Below, piece by piece: positions 47,516 to 60,400 of a stretch of DNA of 64,000 bases. Origin of the DNA: Macrostomum lignano (lineage: Eukaryota); NCBI GenBank assembly GCA_002269645.1, contig NIVC01001608.1, positions 162,494 to 226,493 on the forward strand, read 5' to 3'. The notes under the pieces were generated by a model, which had not been told where the DNA came from, did no database searches, and saw only the letters and a program-made list of their open reading frames with translations. Made by a program: the position numbers and the translations under genes. Every line of letters begins with the position of its first letter. The stretch's first letter is position 1.

Positions 47516-47978
47516 GTGAGTTGTGATGGCTGCCGGTGAGGGGTGATGGCTGCCGGTGAGGGGTGATGGCTGCCGGTGAGTTGTGATGGCTGCCGGTGAG
47601 GGGTGATGGCTGCCGGTGAGGGGTGATGGCTGCCGGTGAGGGGTGATGGCTGCCGGTGAGGGGTGATGGCTGCCGGTGAGGGTGATGGCTGCCGGTGAGG
47701 AGTGATGGCTGCCGGTGAGGGGTGATGGCTGCCGGTGAGGGGTGATGGCTGCCGGTGAGGGTGATCGCTGCCGGTGAGGGGTGATGGCTGCCGGTGAGGG
47801 GTGATGGCTGCCGGTGAGGGGTGATGGCTGCCGGTGAGGGGTGATGGCTGCCGGTGAGGGGTGATGGCTGCCGGTGAGGGGTGATGGCTGCCGGTGAGGG
47901 GTGATGGCTGCCGGTGAGGGGTGATGGCTGCCGGTGAGGGGTGATGGCTGCCGGTGAGGAGTGATGGCTGCCGGTGAG
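47509..47978 (+). repeat. 20-bp minisatellite containing the exon 2 splice donor (GCTGCCG|GTGAGGGGTGATG), about 23 copies
   Basis: Direct observation. It makes up nearly all of ClC intron 2. Confidence 0.95.
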
Positions 47979-48007
47979 CATTGCAAGCAACTCCAACTCC
48001 TGCTCAG

Positions 48008-48165
48008 GTCTCGTGGCCGGCATAGTGGATGTTGGCACGGCCTGGATGTCTGACCTGCGCGAAGGAATCTGCCCCGGTGCATTCTGGCTGAACCGGGAGC
48101 AGTGCTGCTGGTCGGCGAATGACACTGCAATGGACGCAGCCAATGAAGAGGCGGCTTGTCAACAG
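48008..48165 (+). CDS. CLCN3: ClC exon 3
   Basis: GLVAGIVDVGTAWMSDLREGIC...WLNREQCCW. Confidence 0.92.
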
Positions 48166-48274
48166 GTGGGGGATTGCTCCAGGCAGTAATATTGCAACTA
48201 ATTTTGTTTTAATTCAATTAAAACTATGAGATTAGTTGCGTCCTACGGTACTGAGTACTGAGATCATCAAATCA

Positions 48275-48825
48275 ACACCCGAGCTAGCTCCCATCCAATC
48301 AGCACCCGAGCTAGCTCCCATCCAATCAGCATCAAACTGGCTCCCACCCAATCAGCATTGAACTAGCTCCCATCCAATCACCATCCGAGCTAGCTCCCAT
48401 CCAATCAGCATCAAACTGGCTCCCATCCAATCAGCATTGAACTAGCTCCCATGCAATCAACATCAAACTGGGTCCCATCCAATCAGCATTGAACTAGCTC
48501 CCATCCAATCAGCATCGAACTAGCTCCTATCCAATCAGCATCGAGCTAGCTACCTTTAATCAGCATCGAACTAGCTCCCATCCAATCAGCATCGAACTAG
48601 CTCCCATCCAATCAGCATCGAAATAGCTCCCATCCAATCAGCATCGAACTAGCTCCCATCCAATCAGCATCGAAATAGCTCCCATCCAATCAGAATCGAA
48701 CTAGCTCCCATCCAATCAGCATCGAAATAGCTCCCATTCCAATCAGCATCGAACTAGCTCCCATATAATAGGCATCCGAACTAGCTCTCGTCCAATCAGT
48801 ATCGAGCTATCTTCTATCCAATCAA
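48275..48825. repeat. 26-bp minisatellite (GAACTAGCTCCCATCCAATCAGCATC) in ClC intron 3
   Basis: Direct observation, about 20 variant copies. Confidence 0.9.
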
Positions 48826-48851
48826 AGCTGATGTTCCGCATTATTTTCCAG

Positions 48852-49577
48852 TGGTATCCTTGGCCGGAGCTAATTTTCGATGCGAGCGCCACAGATCCGC
48901 AGAACTATGCACTGCAGTACTCGCTGTACGTCACCTGGTCTCTTCTGTTTGCCCTGCTGACTGCCACTCTGGTCCGCAGCCTGGCCCCGTACGCCTGCGG
49001 CTCGGGCATCCCGGAGATTAAGACCATCCTATCCGGATTTGTCATTCGCGGCTACCTGGGCTGGTGGACTCTGCTAGTGAAATCTCTGGGTATTATGCTG
49101 GCCGTGGCATCGGGCCTCAGCCTGGGCAAGGAGGGCCCCATGGTGCACATGGCGGCCTGCTGTGGCAACATCATAGCCAGGCTGTTTCCCAAGTACAACC
49201 GCAACGAGGCCAAGAAGCGGGAGGTTCTGTCTGCCGCGGCGGCAGCCGGGGTGAGCATCGCATTCGGTGCCCCGCTTGGCGGCGTGCTGTTCAGCCTTGA
49301 AGAGGCCAGCTACTATTTCCCACTGAAGACTCTGTGGCGCAGCTTCTTCTGCAGCATGGTGGCAGCTTCGGTGCTGAAGCTGGTTAATCCGTTTGGCAAC
49401 GATCATCTCGTGCTGTTCGCTGTCAATTACCGCTCTGCATGGTCGGCCCTGGAGGTTGGCCCGTTTGTACTTTTAGGCATTCTGGGCGGCCTGTTTGGGG
49501 CCGGTTTTGTCAAAGCGAACGTCTGGCTGTGCCGAAGGCGGAAGCTGGGAGCGCTAGGGCGACACCCCATCGCTGAG
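48852..49577 (+). CDS. CLCN3: ClC exon 4 (selectivity and gating motifs)
   Basis: [13 protein letters not shown] (gating Glu), GGVLFSLEE (proton Glu typical of antiporters). Confidence 0.96.
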
Positions 49578-49631
49578 GTTGGTTAGAAGGTTCAGATGCT
49601 TTATCTTTCGTGTCTTCGTGCCGTCATTTAG

Positions 49632-50606
49632 GTGCTTCATCATCCAGATGCTTCATCATTCAGATGCTTCATCATTCAGATGCTTCATCAATCAGATGCT
49701 TCATCATTCAGATGCTTCATCATTCAGATGCTTCATCATTCAGATGCTTCATCATTCAGATGCTTCATCATTCAGATGCTTCATCATTCAGATGCTTCAT
49801 CATTCAGATGCTTCATCATTCAGATGCTTCATCATTCAGATGCTTCATCGTTCAGATGCTTCATCATTCAGATGCTTCATCATTCAGATGCTTCATCATT
49901 CAGATGCTTCATCATCATTCAGATGCTTCATCATCATTCAGATGCTTCATCATCATTCAGATGCTTCATCATTCAGATGCTTCATCATTCAGATGCTTCA
50001 TCATTCAGATGCTTCATCATTCAGATGCTTCATCATTCAGATGCTTCATCATTCAGATGCTTCATCATTCAGATGCTTCATCATCATTCAGATGCTTCAT
50101 CATTCAGATGCTTCATCATTCAGATGCTTCATCATTCAGATGCTTCATCATTCAGATGCTTCATCATTCAGATGCTTCATCATTCAGATGCTTCATCATT
50201 CAGATGCTTCATCATTCAGATGCTTCATCATTCAGATGCTTCATCATTCAGATGCTTCATCATTCAGATGCTTCATCATTCAGATGCTTCATCATTCAGA
50301 TGCTTCATCATTCAGATGCTTCATCATTCAGATGCTTCATCATTCAGATGCTTCATCATTCAGATGCTTCATCATTCAGATGCTTCATCATCATTCAGAT
50401 GCTTCATCATCATTCAGATGCTTCATCATCATTCAGATGCTTCATCATTCAGATGCTTCATCATTCAGATGCTTCATCATCATTCAGATGCTTCATCATT
50501 CAGATGCTTCATCATCATTCAGATGCTTCATCATTCAGATGCTTCATCATTCAGATGCTTCATCATTCAGATGCTTCATCAATCAGATGCTTCATCATTC
50601 AGATGC
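49632..50606. repeat. 16-bp minisatellite (TCAGATGCTTCATCAT) with +CAT variants in ClC intron 4
   Basis: Direct observation, about 60 copies. Confidence 0.95.
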
Positions 50607-50708
50607 TTTGTCTGATTGATGTGATTTTAAATAATGTCCGTTTCTTTCTACTCACTCGCAGGCAGTAGAGAAAACAGCATTTGAAAATCAGCCAATTCAC
50701 TTTACCAG

Positions 50709-50990
50709 GTGGCAGCAGTGGCCAGCCTCACAGCCCTGGCGGCCTTCCCTAATCCCTATACCCGGATGGGGACGGCCCGCCTTGTCCGCCTGCTGTTCAG
50801 CCGCTGCGGTCCCGAGGATGTCAGCGAACTGTGCGACTTTGGCGCCGTGGCGGTCAACGGTACGGCGACAACTGGCACAGGCGCCGCCGTCGTGGTGGCC
50901 GGCGATGCCCGCCTTGATGCAGCCTTGTGGAAGCTGAGCATTGCCTACCTGTTCAAAATTGTGGCCACCGTGTTCACCTTTGGCATTAAG
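50709..50990 (+). CDS. CLCN3: ClC exon 5
   Basis: AFPNPYTRM...LFSRC...FKIVATVFTFGIK|gt. Confidence 0.92.
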
Positions 50991-51277
50991 GTGATTCAGA
51001 AAATTTTGCCTTCATAGAGTATTTAACACAACATATCGTCTGAAAACTTGGCAATTTGGTATCGAAATTTATTACATGCTGATATCCTGTTTACACTACT
51101 GCCGATTCAGTACAAGTAGTAGCAGAAGAACTAGAGCTAAAGTTCAAAGAAAAGTTTTTATTAAAATTTAAATTAAAAACACTCATTGTCACAGGAAGAC
51201 GCAGTATGAATATGATAGAGCGGTCACAAAGAATGTCCATTCGCTTTTCAAGGCAAGCCCTGTTCATGCATATTAAG

Positions 51278-51620
51278 TAGCCCCTGACCGTTGCTGCCCA
51301 CAACTGTCCAATCCGTGTTTATTTAGTAGTCCCTGACCCACCCTTCACCTCCAATCCATGTTCATTTAGTTCCTGACCGCCCTGCTCATCTCTTCAATCC
51401 AGGTCTATTTAATAGTCCCTGACTGCCCTCTTTACCTCTTCAGTCCATGTTTATTTAGGAGTCCCTGACCGCCCTCTTCACCTCTCCAATCCATGTTTGT
51501 TTAGTAGTCCCTGACCGCCCTCTTCACCTCTCCAATCCATGTTTGTTTAGTAGTCCTTGAGCGTCAGGTTTTAAATCCATGTCTGCATGTATTTAGTATT
51601 CCTTGACGTCCCCTCTGCCC
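51278..51620 (+). repeat. ~46-bp degenerate repeat x~7 ending at the ClC exon 6 acceptor
   Basis: Unit AGTAGTCCCTGACCGCCCTCTTCACCTCTCCAATCCATGTTTGTTT. Confidence 0.85.
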
Positions 51621-51624
51621 GCAG

Positions 51625-52243
51625 GTCCCCTCCGGCCTGTTCATTCCCTCCCTGGCTGTCGGTGCCATCGCCGGTCGCATTGTTGGCAGCCTGCTTGAGC
51701 AGCTGGCCGCGCCCAACGCCGCCTATTTCCCATTCAACCGGTTGTGCAGCGCGGCCGCGGTGGCGCAGGGCCAGCCGTGTGTCAACAGCGGCCTGTACGC
51801 CATGGTTGGCGCAGCGGCCGCTCTTGGCGGCGTGACCCGCATGACGCTGTCTCTGGTGGCCATCATGCTGGAGCTGACCGGCGGCCTTGAGTACAGCCTG
51901 CCGCTGATGATCGCCGCCCTCACCAGCAAGTGGGTCGGCGACGGCCTCAGCGGCGGCGGCGGCATCTACGAGGCGCACATCCGGCTGAACGGCTACCCGT
52001 TCCTGGCCAGCTGGGAGCGGCCGGCAGCCGATGCGGCAGCCGCTGATGTGGACGACGCTTCCGCCCTTGCTGGCGACGTGATGCGCCGGCCGTTGCGGGT
52101 GCTGCGCCAGGCTGAAGACACTGTCGACGAGATCAACCGGCTGCTTGCCGAGTGCCAAGTGAATGGCTTTCCGGTGGTGCTATCAGCCGATTATCACTAT
52201 CTGATAGGATTTGTTACTAGGCGGGATCTGGTGATGGCCATTG
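51625..52243 (+). CDS. CLCN3: ClC exon 6 (GLFIP, helix R, CBS1)
   Basis: [56 protein letters not shown]. Confidence 0.95.
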
Positions 52244-52348
52244 GTGAGGCTTTCACTGTTCTCACTTGTGACTCTACTCTAACAAACCTCTGTTAATCTT
52301 CATTCTATTTAGAAACCCAACTAATTTCTATGAATTCCTTGCTAATTG

Positions 52349-52615
52349 AGGGAATTGCAGCCTAGTGGTTAGAGCGTCGGACACACGACTGAAAGGTCAG
52401 GGGTTCGATTCTCGTCCTACTCGATACAATTTGTGTCTTTGAGAAAGACCTGAGGTGCCAGCATTAGATGGGGTAACTGAGGGTGTGTGTGGCGACCCCC
52501 CCCCCCCCAGTCCTTGGACTAAACAGCCGTACGCAACCTTCAGATGCGATGGCTGCGGCTGAGCTGTCGGTTGCACATCTGGCCATTAGGGCAGGCGTAA
52601 TCTGTTATTAAATAT
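52349..52615 (+). mobile_element. tRNA-derived SINE (tRNA-Val-like head) in ClC intron 6
   Basis: A box CAGCCTAGTGG, B box GGTTCGATTC, CACACG..GAAAGGTC as in tRNA-Val, followed by TTGTGTCTTTGAGAAAGAC. A second diverged copy starts at about 63911. Confidence 0.6.
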
Positions 52616-53258
52616 TGATGTACCGTTTATCGTATTCTCTAAAAAAATCACATTAAACCCAATCCCAACACAATTCTAAGCGCATTCCTAAAAAGAAATT
52701 TGAGCTCACGCAGGCAGCCAAAAAAACGCTGAGTCAACTGAGCGAGACGCCAATATTAGGGGCGACGGCGCAGAGGCTAAAGCCCACCCCACCAGGCCAC
52801 CACCCCACAGCGCGGACAGAGGGAGAGAGAAAGTACGCAAGGCGACACAAGGCGGGGGCATAGGAGAGGGGTTTAAAACTGGTTATTGGCTAGTCAAGAC
52901 CAGTCACAAACCAACACATTATTGTAAATTCCTAGAAAATCTCGGTTATTGCAAATTCCTAGAAAATATTAGTCATTACGAGCTACATTCTTATCCTGTT
53001 TCTCCCATTCCCATAAATTCCCGTTTTTGCTGTTTCTTAGAAACTCTCATTCATTCCATTCCTAGAATATCAGGCCATTTATCCTTTTTCAAAAATTTTC
53101 TATTCATTTCGCGTCTCAAAAAGCCTCTCTCTATTAATTTATCCTAGCCCATTCTTAGAATACCACAAGTACCATGCCATGCCATAGTCCATGTGATTCG
53201 TATATTTCACGAAATCCAAAATGCTCAATACAGTGCCGTTACCGTTACTCTACTGCAG

Positions 53259-53404
53259 AATACTACAGGAAGAAAGACGACAGCATAGTCGGCCAGTCCG
53301 TGGTGTACTTTGCGGACACCCCGGCTGCCTTCGCTGACCAGTCGGCGGCACCCAGCAGGCGGAACTCGCCGAAACAGCTGAACCTGAGCCGCATTGTGGA
53401 TCTG
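53259..53404 (+). CDS. CLCN3: ClC exon 7
   Basis: SVVYF...LNLSRIVDL|gtgagt, phases consistent with neighbours. Confidence 0.88.
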
Positions 53405-53963
53405 GTGAGTGCCCACTGGACTGCGGGACCCCCCCTCTTCCATGGAGCTCTAAAGTGTCACATCTGGATTGGAAACCCAGAGGTAACTGTAGTCTGCACA
53501 TTTAGTATTGGCTAGTCTTTCGCCCAAGGGCCGCTGCGTTTAGTAAGACACGGGAAGCATTTTTTAAACGTCTGCAAAGTTTTAACAACTTTTTGTGAAA
53601 AGGTTTTATGAGTATTAAAACAAATAAATTTTCCCAATGTGTGCTAAATTATCGACAGATATTTTAATTTTGGGCCAAGCCAAAGGTAGATCAAACGGAG
53701 AGTTAGGGTTAAGCCATGGCTTACGAGAGGGAGGCTTCAATGCCAAAGCTCACAAGGGATGCTAATATCTTAGGCTAGACAGCCGGCTTTCAGGTCTGAT
53801 GCTTTTTTACTTTATAACATCATTTTCCTTAGGATACTAGCAATAGCGACCGTACACAGTGGCGCAGATCGCTTGTTTCACCTTCATGCATGTATACTCT
53901 GTACCTTGGGGCTCATATATATTCCCAAGGCCAACTGCAGTATTTCCTATCCTAAACTGCCAG

Positions 53964-54119
53964 GCGCCAATCGCTGTTACGGACCAGACGCCAATGTTTG
54001 TTGTCTTGGAAATGTTTCGCAAACTGGGCCTCAGACAGACTCTGGTAACGCGAAACGGTCGCTTATTGGGCGTCATCACAAAGAAGGACGCACTTCGATA
54101 TCTGGAAAATCTTTCTTAG
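53964..54119 (+). CDS. CLCN3: ClC exon 8 (CBS2, stop); total CDS 2520 nt, about 839 aa
   Basis: [39 protein letters not shown]. The symbol denotes the ClC-3/4/5 group, not strict orthology. Confidence 0.93.
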   Translation, partial: APIAVTDQTPMFVVLEMFRKLGLRQTLVTRNGRLLGVITKKDALRYLENLS

Positions 54120-54349
54120 CGCGCATTTCGACGGCGCAAAAGTGGAATAACAGGCGGAATTTTATTGATCGGTATTGATTGTGCCTGACCTTTTATACTG
54201 CTAATGCGAATTTGATGACGTAATCGCGCGTGTACTTGTAAGGGCGGGGGGTTGACTAATATTTGAAGAAAGGGTTGGCTGATCTACATTTAGATAGTGT
54301 TGGCTAATGTACTCGTAAATTGGGACAGAAATTTTAGCTAATGTACGCT

Positions 54350-54745
54350 TGGACGGACGGTTAGCTAATGTACATTGGGGCAGAGCATGGATGAAGGAAT
54401 ACACTATATACACTATAGTATTCCTTCATCCATGGGGCAGAAGTTCAGCTAATGTCCATTGGGGCAGAGGTTTAGCTACTGTACATTGGGGCAGATGTTT
54501 AGCTAATGTCCATTGGGGCAGAGGTTTAGCTACTGTACATTGGGGCAGAGGTTTAGCTAATATATGTACATTGGGGCAGAGGTTTAGCTAATATATGTAC
54601 ATTGGGGCAGAGGTTTAGCTAATGTCCATTGGGGCAGAGGTTTAGCTACTGTACATTGGGGCAGAGGTTTAGCTTCTGTACATTGGGGCAGAGGTTTAGC
54701 TAATGTACTTTTAAGCAGAGGTTTAGCTAATGTACGTTTAAGCAG
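54350..54745. repeat. 27-bp minisatellite (CATTGGGGCAGAGGTTTAGCTAATGTA)
   Basis: Direct observation, about 12 copies downstream of the ClC stop. Confidence 0.88.
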
Positions 54746-56702
54746 AGGGTTAACTAATTAAAGTTTGTAACAGAAAGTTAAAAAAAGTTTAATTTCACAA
54801 AAAAAGTCTCGGCAGACATCACTTGTTTACTTACTATTAGGGTGATGGTTTTTTGTAAACTTTCATTGCTCAGTCTGTGCCAATAGCTCATCGACGATAA
54901 AAAGTGAAACATTTATCTAAAGCATTCTTTACATTTATAATAGCTATATTTATTTATTTGCTAATCTGCTGCTCAAACTATGGATAATTCTTGCACTTCC
55001 AAGTGCCTGAAAGCTCTACAGGCTAAAGCTTAACTATATTTTTAACTTAAAAGAATTGCAGGACTTCTTGCTGGTTTCATTCGAAACGCAGCATTTTGGG
55101 ATTCAAATTCTAAGATATTATAAATATCCATGTTGTAAACTTTTATGTATAGATTCCTTAATGGCTTTGCTTCAATATTTATACATATATATTCCTCATC
55201 TTTGGAGAATAATTTTACTTTATTTTTATTGCAATTTATTTTCCTGAGCAAATTTTCTAGTATTTCTATGAACATACTTAGATTTTTTCGATATTTTTTC
55301 CGTTTTTTTCGTCGCTCAGCTTCCTTAAGGTGTGAAAACGGTAGAGAAAGCATTCAAAATAAAGATAAACATTGAAACACATTTACTTGATTTTTTTAAT
55401 AAAACAAGCGTGTCTACTAACAGATTGGGCAGCTCAAACAGTAATATGCATTTCTTAATTTGTTATTTTTTTATTTGCAACACCGTCAAATAGACGCGCG
55501 CTCTCCAGTTACAAAAACAAATTAAGGGACAAAAGTTTTTTGTAAGCAGTGATACCTGTTAGAGTTCATTAATATTAGTTTTTGAATGCAACTATAAATA
55601 TTAAATAATAAAATAGATATTCTGACTGACAATTTAGACCATCCTACATTTGTGTTTATACTTGTAACTCTACAGTATATTTTATACAAGGACTGTTAAA
55701 ATAGAAGTACACGTACACAAATTATACACTACGAGAATATCCATTCTTTGTTTTTATATTGACTGGATTCAGTCACGTGTTAAAATATGTACTTTTAACA
55801 CGTGAATTCTGGACAATAAAACTTTGAAGGCCGATTTTATCTCTGTGTTTGTTAATTAAGGAAGCAATATCTGTTTAACTGTTTAAAATAACAAAAAATC
55901 TCGGTTTGAAAATTAAATCTTAAATAAGCTGACATGCCAATGCCGTCATTCTCACGCAAGCAAAAAGCAGAAAAAATCGTGTACGAACTGCATCATTTGT
56001 TCTGCAGCACAAGAGCAAACAACAGAAATAGCTATGCTTTCGGCCTCTGCAGTTTACCAGGATGGCCAAGCAAGTCTGAAGAGAAAGGCGAAGCAGAAAG
56101 TGAAAAAGAGAACAGCATTTCGTTTCTTAGAAAGGCAAAAAACCGCGAGATTCTGGTGGAATTTAAATTCAAATTTAGTGTAAATTAACAAAAAAAGTTT
56201 TTATGTAGCCGAGATCGAGATTCAAAAGGGGTAACTCTAGGTGTACAACTATTTACTGAGCATTTAAATCGAAAAATATATTCCACGAAATTTTCATGCA
56301 ATTATAACAAATTAATTAGAGCAAACGGTAAGAGGCCCGAAAAGACAATTGACTACTAACCACAAAACTCTTTTTGACCTGTCCTAGACAAAAAGGTAAC
56401 GGTTCTTCGACGAGAATGTGCAGTACATTTACTTTTGATGTCCGTGGTTCGAATCTCTGTTGTCTAATTAGCTTTCCGAATTCCATATAGGGCTATTCTC
56501 TGTCCACAACACGACAACATGGTGCTTTCGTAACAAACACTAAAAAAACAAAAATTTGACAGATGTGCAGAATTGCAGAGCGTGAAAAATTTGAGCGAAT
56601 TTTGACACTATAGCTACGCGTGAACTACTTGCTGAGGAAGCAAGACTTAGTAGCAAAAAGGGCGCAATTGAGTTTTGTCTATAAAAATTACAAATAATAA
56701 GC

Positions 56703-56871
56703 TCAACTAGCCGCCTCGAACATTGAGTAGGGATTGTCCTTTTTTAGCGACTTCTTTCCCTCCTCGCCCGGGCCTTTGGGCACCTCGGTAAGGGCAAACA
56801 GGCGCAGAGTCTGGAAATCGCTGGGCCCGCCTCGGTCTACCAGTTTCGGCGTTAAACGCTCGTTTCGAAGC
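56703..56871 (-). CDS. WDR49: EF-hand/WD40 protein exon 2 (C-terminus); total about 1139 aa
   Basis: Acceptor cgccaag|G, phase 2, giving (R)LRNERLTPKLVDRGGPSDFQTLRLFALTEVPK...MFEAAS*. Confidence 0.75.
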
Positions 56872-56994
56872 CTTGGCGAATTGAGGGTGGAGGTTAAATT
56901 AGGTGCAGTGTGTTTTAAAAAATATCATTTCGAAACTATCAAAAATGGTTCAATAAAAATATCTACAAGGGTCATCCAACAATAAGCTTTGATT

Positions 56995-57335
56995 GAGTAA
57001 GGGATAGAATTCAGGGCTATGCACATCTGCTGCAGCCAATTATCGTCTAGTAAGGGATGGAAATTAGGGATATGCACATTTGTCAGCCAAATGAGCGTCT
57101 AGTAAGGGATAGAATTCAGAGCTTTGCACATCTGTCAGCCAATTAGCGTCTAGAAGGGTATAGAATTCAGATCTATGCACATTTGTCAGCCAATGAGCGT
57201 CTAGTAAGAGATAGAATTCAAATCTATGCACATCTGTCAGCCAATAAGCGAGGACCGAGGAGTAAGAGATAAAGCTCAGAGCTATTTATATCTGCCAGGC
57301 AATGAGAATCCAGTAAGGTATAGAATTCGAGGCAA
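56995..57335. repeat. ~52-bp degenerate tandem repeat x~6-7 in the WD-gene intron
   Basis: Unit GTAAGGGATAGAATTCAG..CTATGCACATCTGTCAGCCAATTAGCGTCTA. Confidence 0.85.
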
Positions 57336-57483
57336 TGCACATACAATTGAGTGGCAAGTAGTTTGCCGATTTCGAGCAGGAATTCATCTGATTCTATTCA
57401 TATATACTACAAGTCAACAAAAAATTTCTACCAAATTAAGAGATCAGTAGGGTGAAAAGGGTTATCCAGAACTTAGTCCTCAC

Positions 57484-60400
57484 CGTTTTCCTTTGCCATC
57501 GACATAGGACTTTTCCCGCACCATGGCGCTGATCTCCGTGTCGTCCAGCAACTTTTGTTGCTTCTGTAAAAATGTCACCTGCTGTTGTTGTGGCTGCTGC
57601 TGTTGCTGCTGCTGCGGCTGTCCGGTGACACTTCCGCCGCTTGCTCCATTCTCATCCAGTGTTGTTTTTTCCTTATCCAGCTCTTTTATGGCTAGTGGCT
57701 CCGGCATGGACTTTGGATCAACGAGCACATCAATCGGCACCTTTAGCGGCCCGAACGAGTCCTCATTGTATAGGCTCCACTCGGTGGATTGGCCAAAGGT
57801 GCCAACGTACTCGCCTCGGCGCGTCCAAATTCGCACGGTGAAATCCTCGGACGCTGTGACTACAAAGACTCGCTTCTGCATCAGCGTCACCACGTCTACT
57901 TGGCTGACAGTTTCCGTATGGGCGCGCCAGCGGAACAGCAGCTCCGGGCAGAGGCTCTCGGGACCGTGCAGCGCGTACTCGTAGATGCTCCAGATGGAGA
58001 CGTGGCCGAACCGGTCTCCGGTAACCAGGATCGTGTCATTGACGTCGACGCTCATGGCGGAGACCATGTGGCCGTGGCCGGGGTGGTTCTGAAACTGCGA
58101 GTACAGCTTGCCGCCCTGGTAGATGTTCCACAGGTGAATGCGACCCCTGGGTCCGGAGGCCAGGAGGCTCGCCGCCTCTCTGTTGCCCGCCCTGGTGCGC
58201 AGGAACAGCACGCGCGTCACCGACAGGTCGCCATCAAGGCACTCGTCCTCGTAGTCTGACGGCGGCGGCGGTGGTGGGATTTTGCAGTAGACGTGGCCGC
58301 TCACCGTGTTCCAGACTATGATGCTGCCGTCGTAGGAGCTGGTGGCCAGGTGGTTGGGCGGGCTGGACGCCACGCTCAGGATGTCCTCGGTGTGCCCTCG
58401 CAGCTTGTCGTCTTTCCAGTAGTTCTCCGGGTACTGCACAGACTGAACGGCCTCGCCGCAGTCGTCCAAGAACAGGCTGATTCTGCGGTCCCAGCCGACA
58501 GCGACAATAAAGCGGTTCTTGCTGACCTCCATGTACAGAACCGCCGTGACCTCGGAGCGGCTGTGCCGGTCGCTCGATCGCAGGTGCAGCTCGCGCAGGC
58601 AGTGGCCGTTATTGTAATTCCAAACCCGGATGCTGCCAGCCCGGGAGCCAGTAACCAGGCGGCGGCCTGTGAAGTCCAGGCAGAGGCAGGTGGTGGCCGA
58701 GCCTTCGTGGCTGGTGAATTCAAACACCTTTTTGCCATTCTCCACCTCCCAGACCTTCACTACGGAGTTCTCTGAAGCGCTGATGACGTGCTTAAAAGTC
58801 GGATTGTAAATCGCGCAGGTGACGGCCTCCTTGTGCGTCAGAGGGATGTCCGCCTGCACCTTCTGCTTCACCTTGATGTTGAGGATGGACACAACGTCTG
58901 TGGTGGCCAGCATCAGGGATTTGCTCTGCGGTGAATAGTGAAAGCTCTGCAAGTCGCCTCGCACTTTGTGACCCTTAGGACGGATAGTGAGCAGGCGGTT
59001 CTGGTCCAGGATGTCCCACACCTCGATGCACTTGTCCTGATAGACGCTGAATAGCCGGTTCTCGTCAGCCGCAATAGTCAGGTAGACAATTGGCGCACTG
59101 TGGCCTTGAAGGGTGCCGATCGGCTTCGAATTGACGTACGGATTCCAGATGCGAATAATGCGGTCCATCCCGCCCGTGACCAGGATGTTCTTCTGCTTGG
59201 AGATGTCGAACGTGCGAACCCCTTTGTGCACATAAAAGACTGTCTGGTCGGTGGCTTTGCGCAGCCGAGGCTGCATGATCGGCGAGATGAAGCTGCCTGG
59301 CTGAGCCTTCGGCGCCTGGACGGCACCGGCTCCCGCTCCAGCTGCAGCCATCGCGTCGCTGTCGCGCGCGGCCGCCCCCGAGCCATCGTGGTGATCCACA
59401 AGCGTCGACCCAATGCTGCAGCCGATCACCAAAGCCGTCGACTCGTCGTTCGAACAGCTGACCACCTGACGCAGAAATTCGTCGAATCGGATCTGGGCCA
59501 CCCAGTCGTTGTGCACCTTCCAGCGGATGTACTCGACCAGGCCTCCACTGTCCAGTGCGCGCTCCAGCGTCACCGCCGCGATGCCTTCGCTTTTCGGCTT
59601 CTTTTTCCAAGTTCGAAGACTTTCGCCAGTCTTGTGCAGCACAAGGATGTTCACGCAGCCGTTTTCGTCGCCCCAGAACAGCATCGACTCGTTGGAGTCG
59701 GTCTTCTTGTGACAAGTGTAGTCAAGGTTGAGGGGCACCGAGTACAGGCCGGTCAGCTTGCAGTACGGCTCAAAGTTCGACAGCTCAAAGAACTCTAACT
59801 CGCGATCGCCGGTAGACACGACAATCTTTGTGAACTCGTTGATGATCATAAAGTGAGTTATCCACTTCTGCTTGGTTCGCTGCGTCTGTTCCGGCGTAAT
59901 AATCGATCTTTTTCGCTTTAATTCGAGTTGCGAGTTCCAGAAAGACACGAGACCGTCTGAGCTGGCGCAGGCGAAACTGCCGTCGCTGAGGCCGACGATA
60001 CGCACGATGGCGTCTCGGTGGATTGTGGTCTTTACCCTGGCGGGCAAGATAAACTTGATCTCCTTGTCCTTGAAGTATTGGCTCTCTTTCTCTTGGAATT
60101 CCAACTGCATGTAGGTGCAGAACTCGTCCCAGCTGATGTAGCCGTTGCTGCTCCAGTCGATCTTCTGGAAGAGAGCGTCCAACTGGTTAAGTTTCGCGGT
60201 CGGCAAGTTGAGCAGGCGCCTCATCTCTTCCTTGAACATCTTCAAATCGATTGACTCGTTCGAGTATTGAGCGAAGATCTTCTTGACCTTCTTCAGCTTG
60301 GCCAGGTCGATGTGCTCTTCGACTTTGCCGCGCAGAATTGAGCCAATTTTTTCGTACTCGACCCGGTTGAGAAAGTACTTGTCTATGGCCTGCAGGTTGT

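Noticed and set aside
50650-50708. Stronger-looking alternative acceptor (ctcactcgcag) for ClC exon 5
   Set aside because: It adds 47 nt and breaks the conserved frame. The acceptor at 50708 gives the homologous sequence.
52351-52425. Functional tRNA gene
   Set aside because: The acceptor and anticodon stems do not pair properly, and a diverged copy with shared downstream sequence indicates a SINE.
55773-55805. 13-bp perfect hairpin (TCACGTGTTAAAA / TTTTAACACGTGA)
   Set aside because: Isolated, in AT-rich intergenic DNA, with no associated element ends. It cannot be assigned a function.
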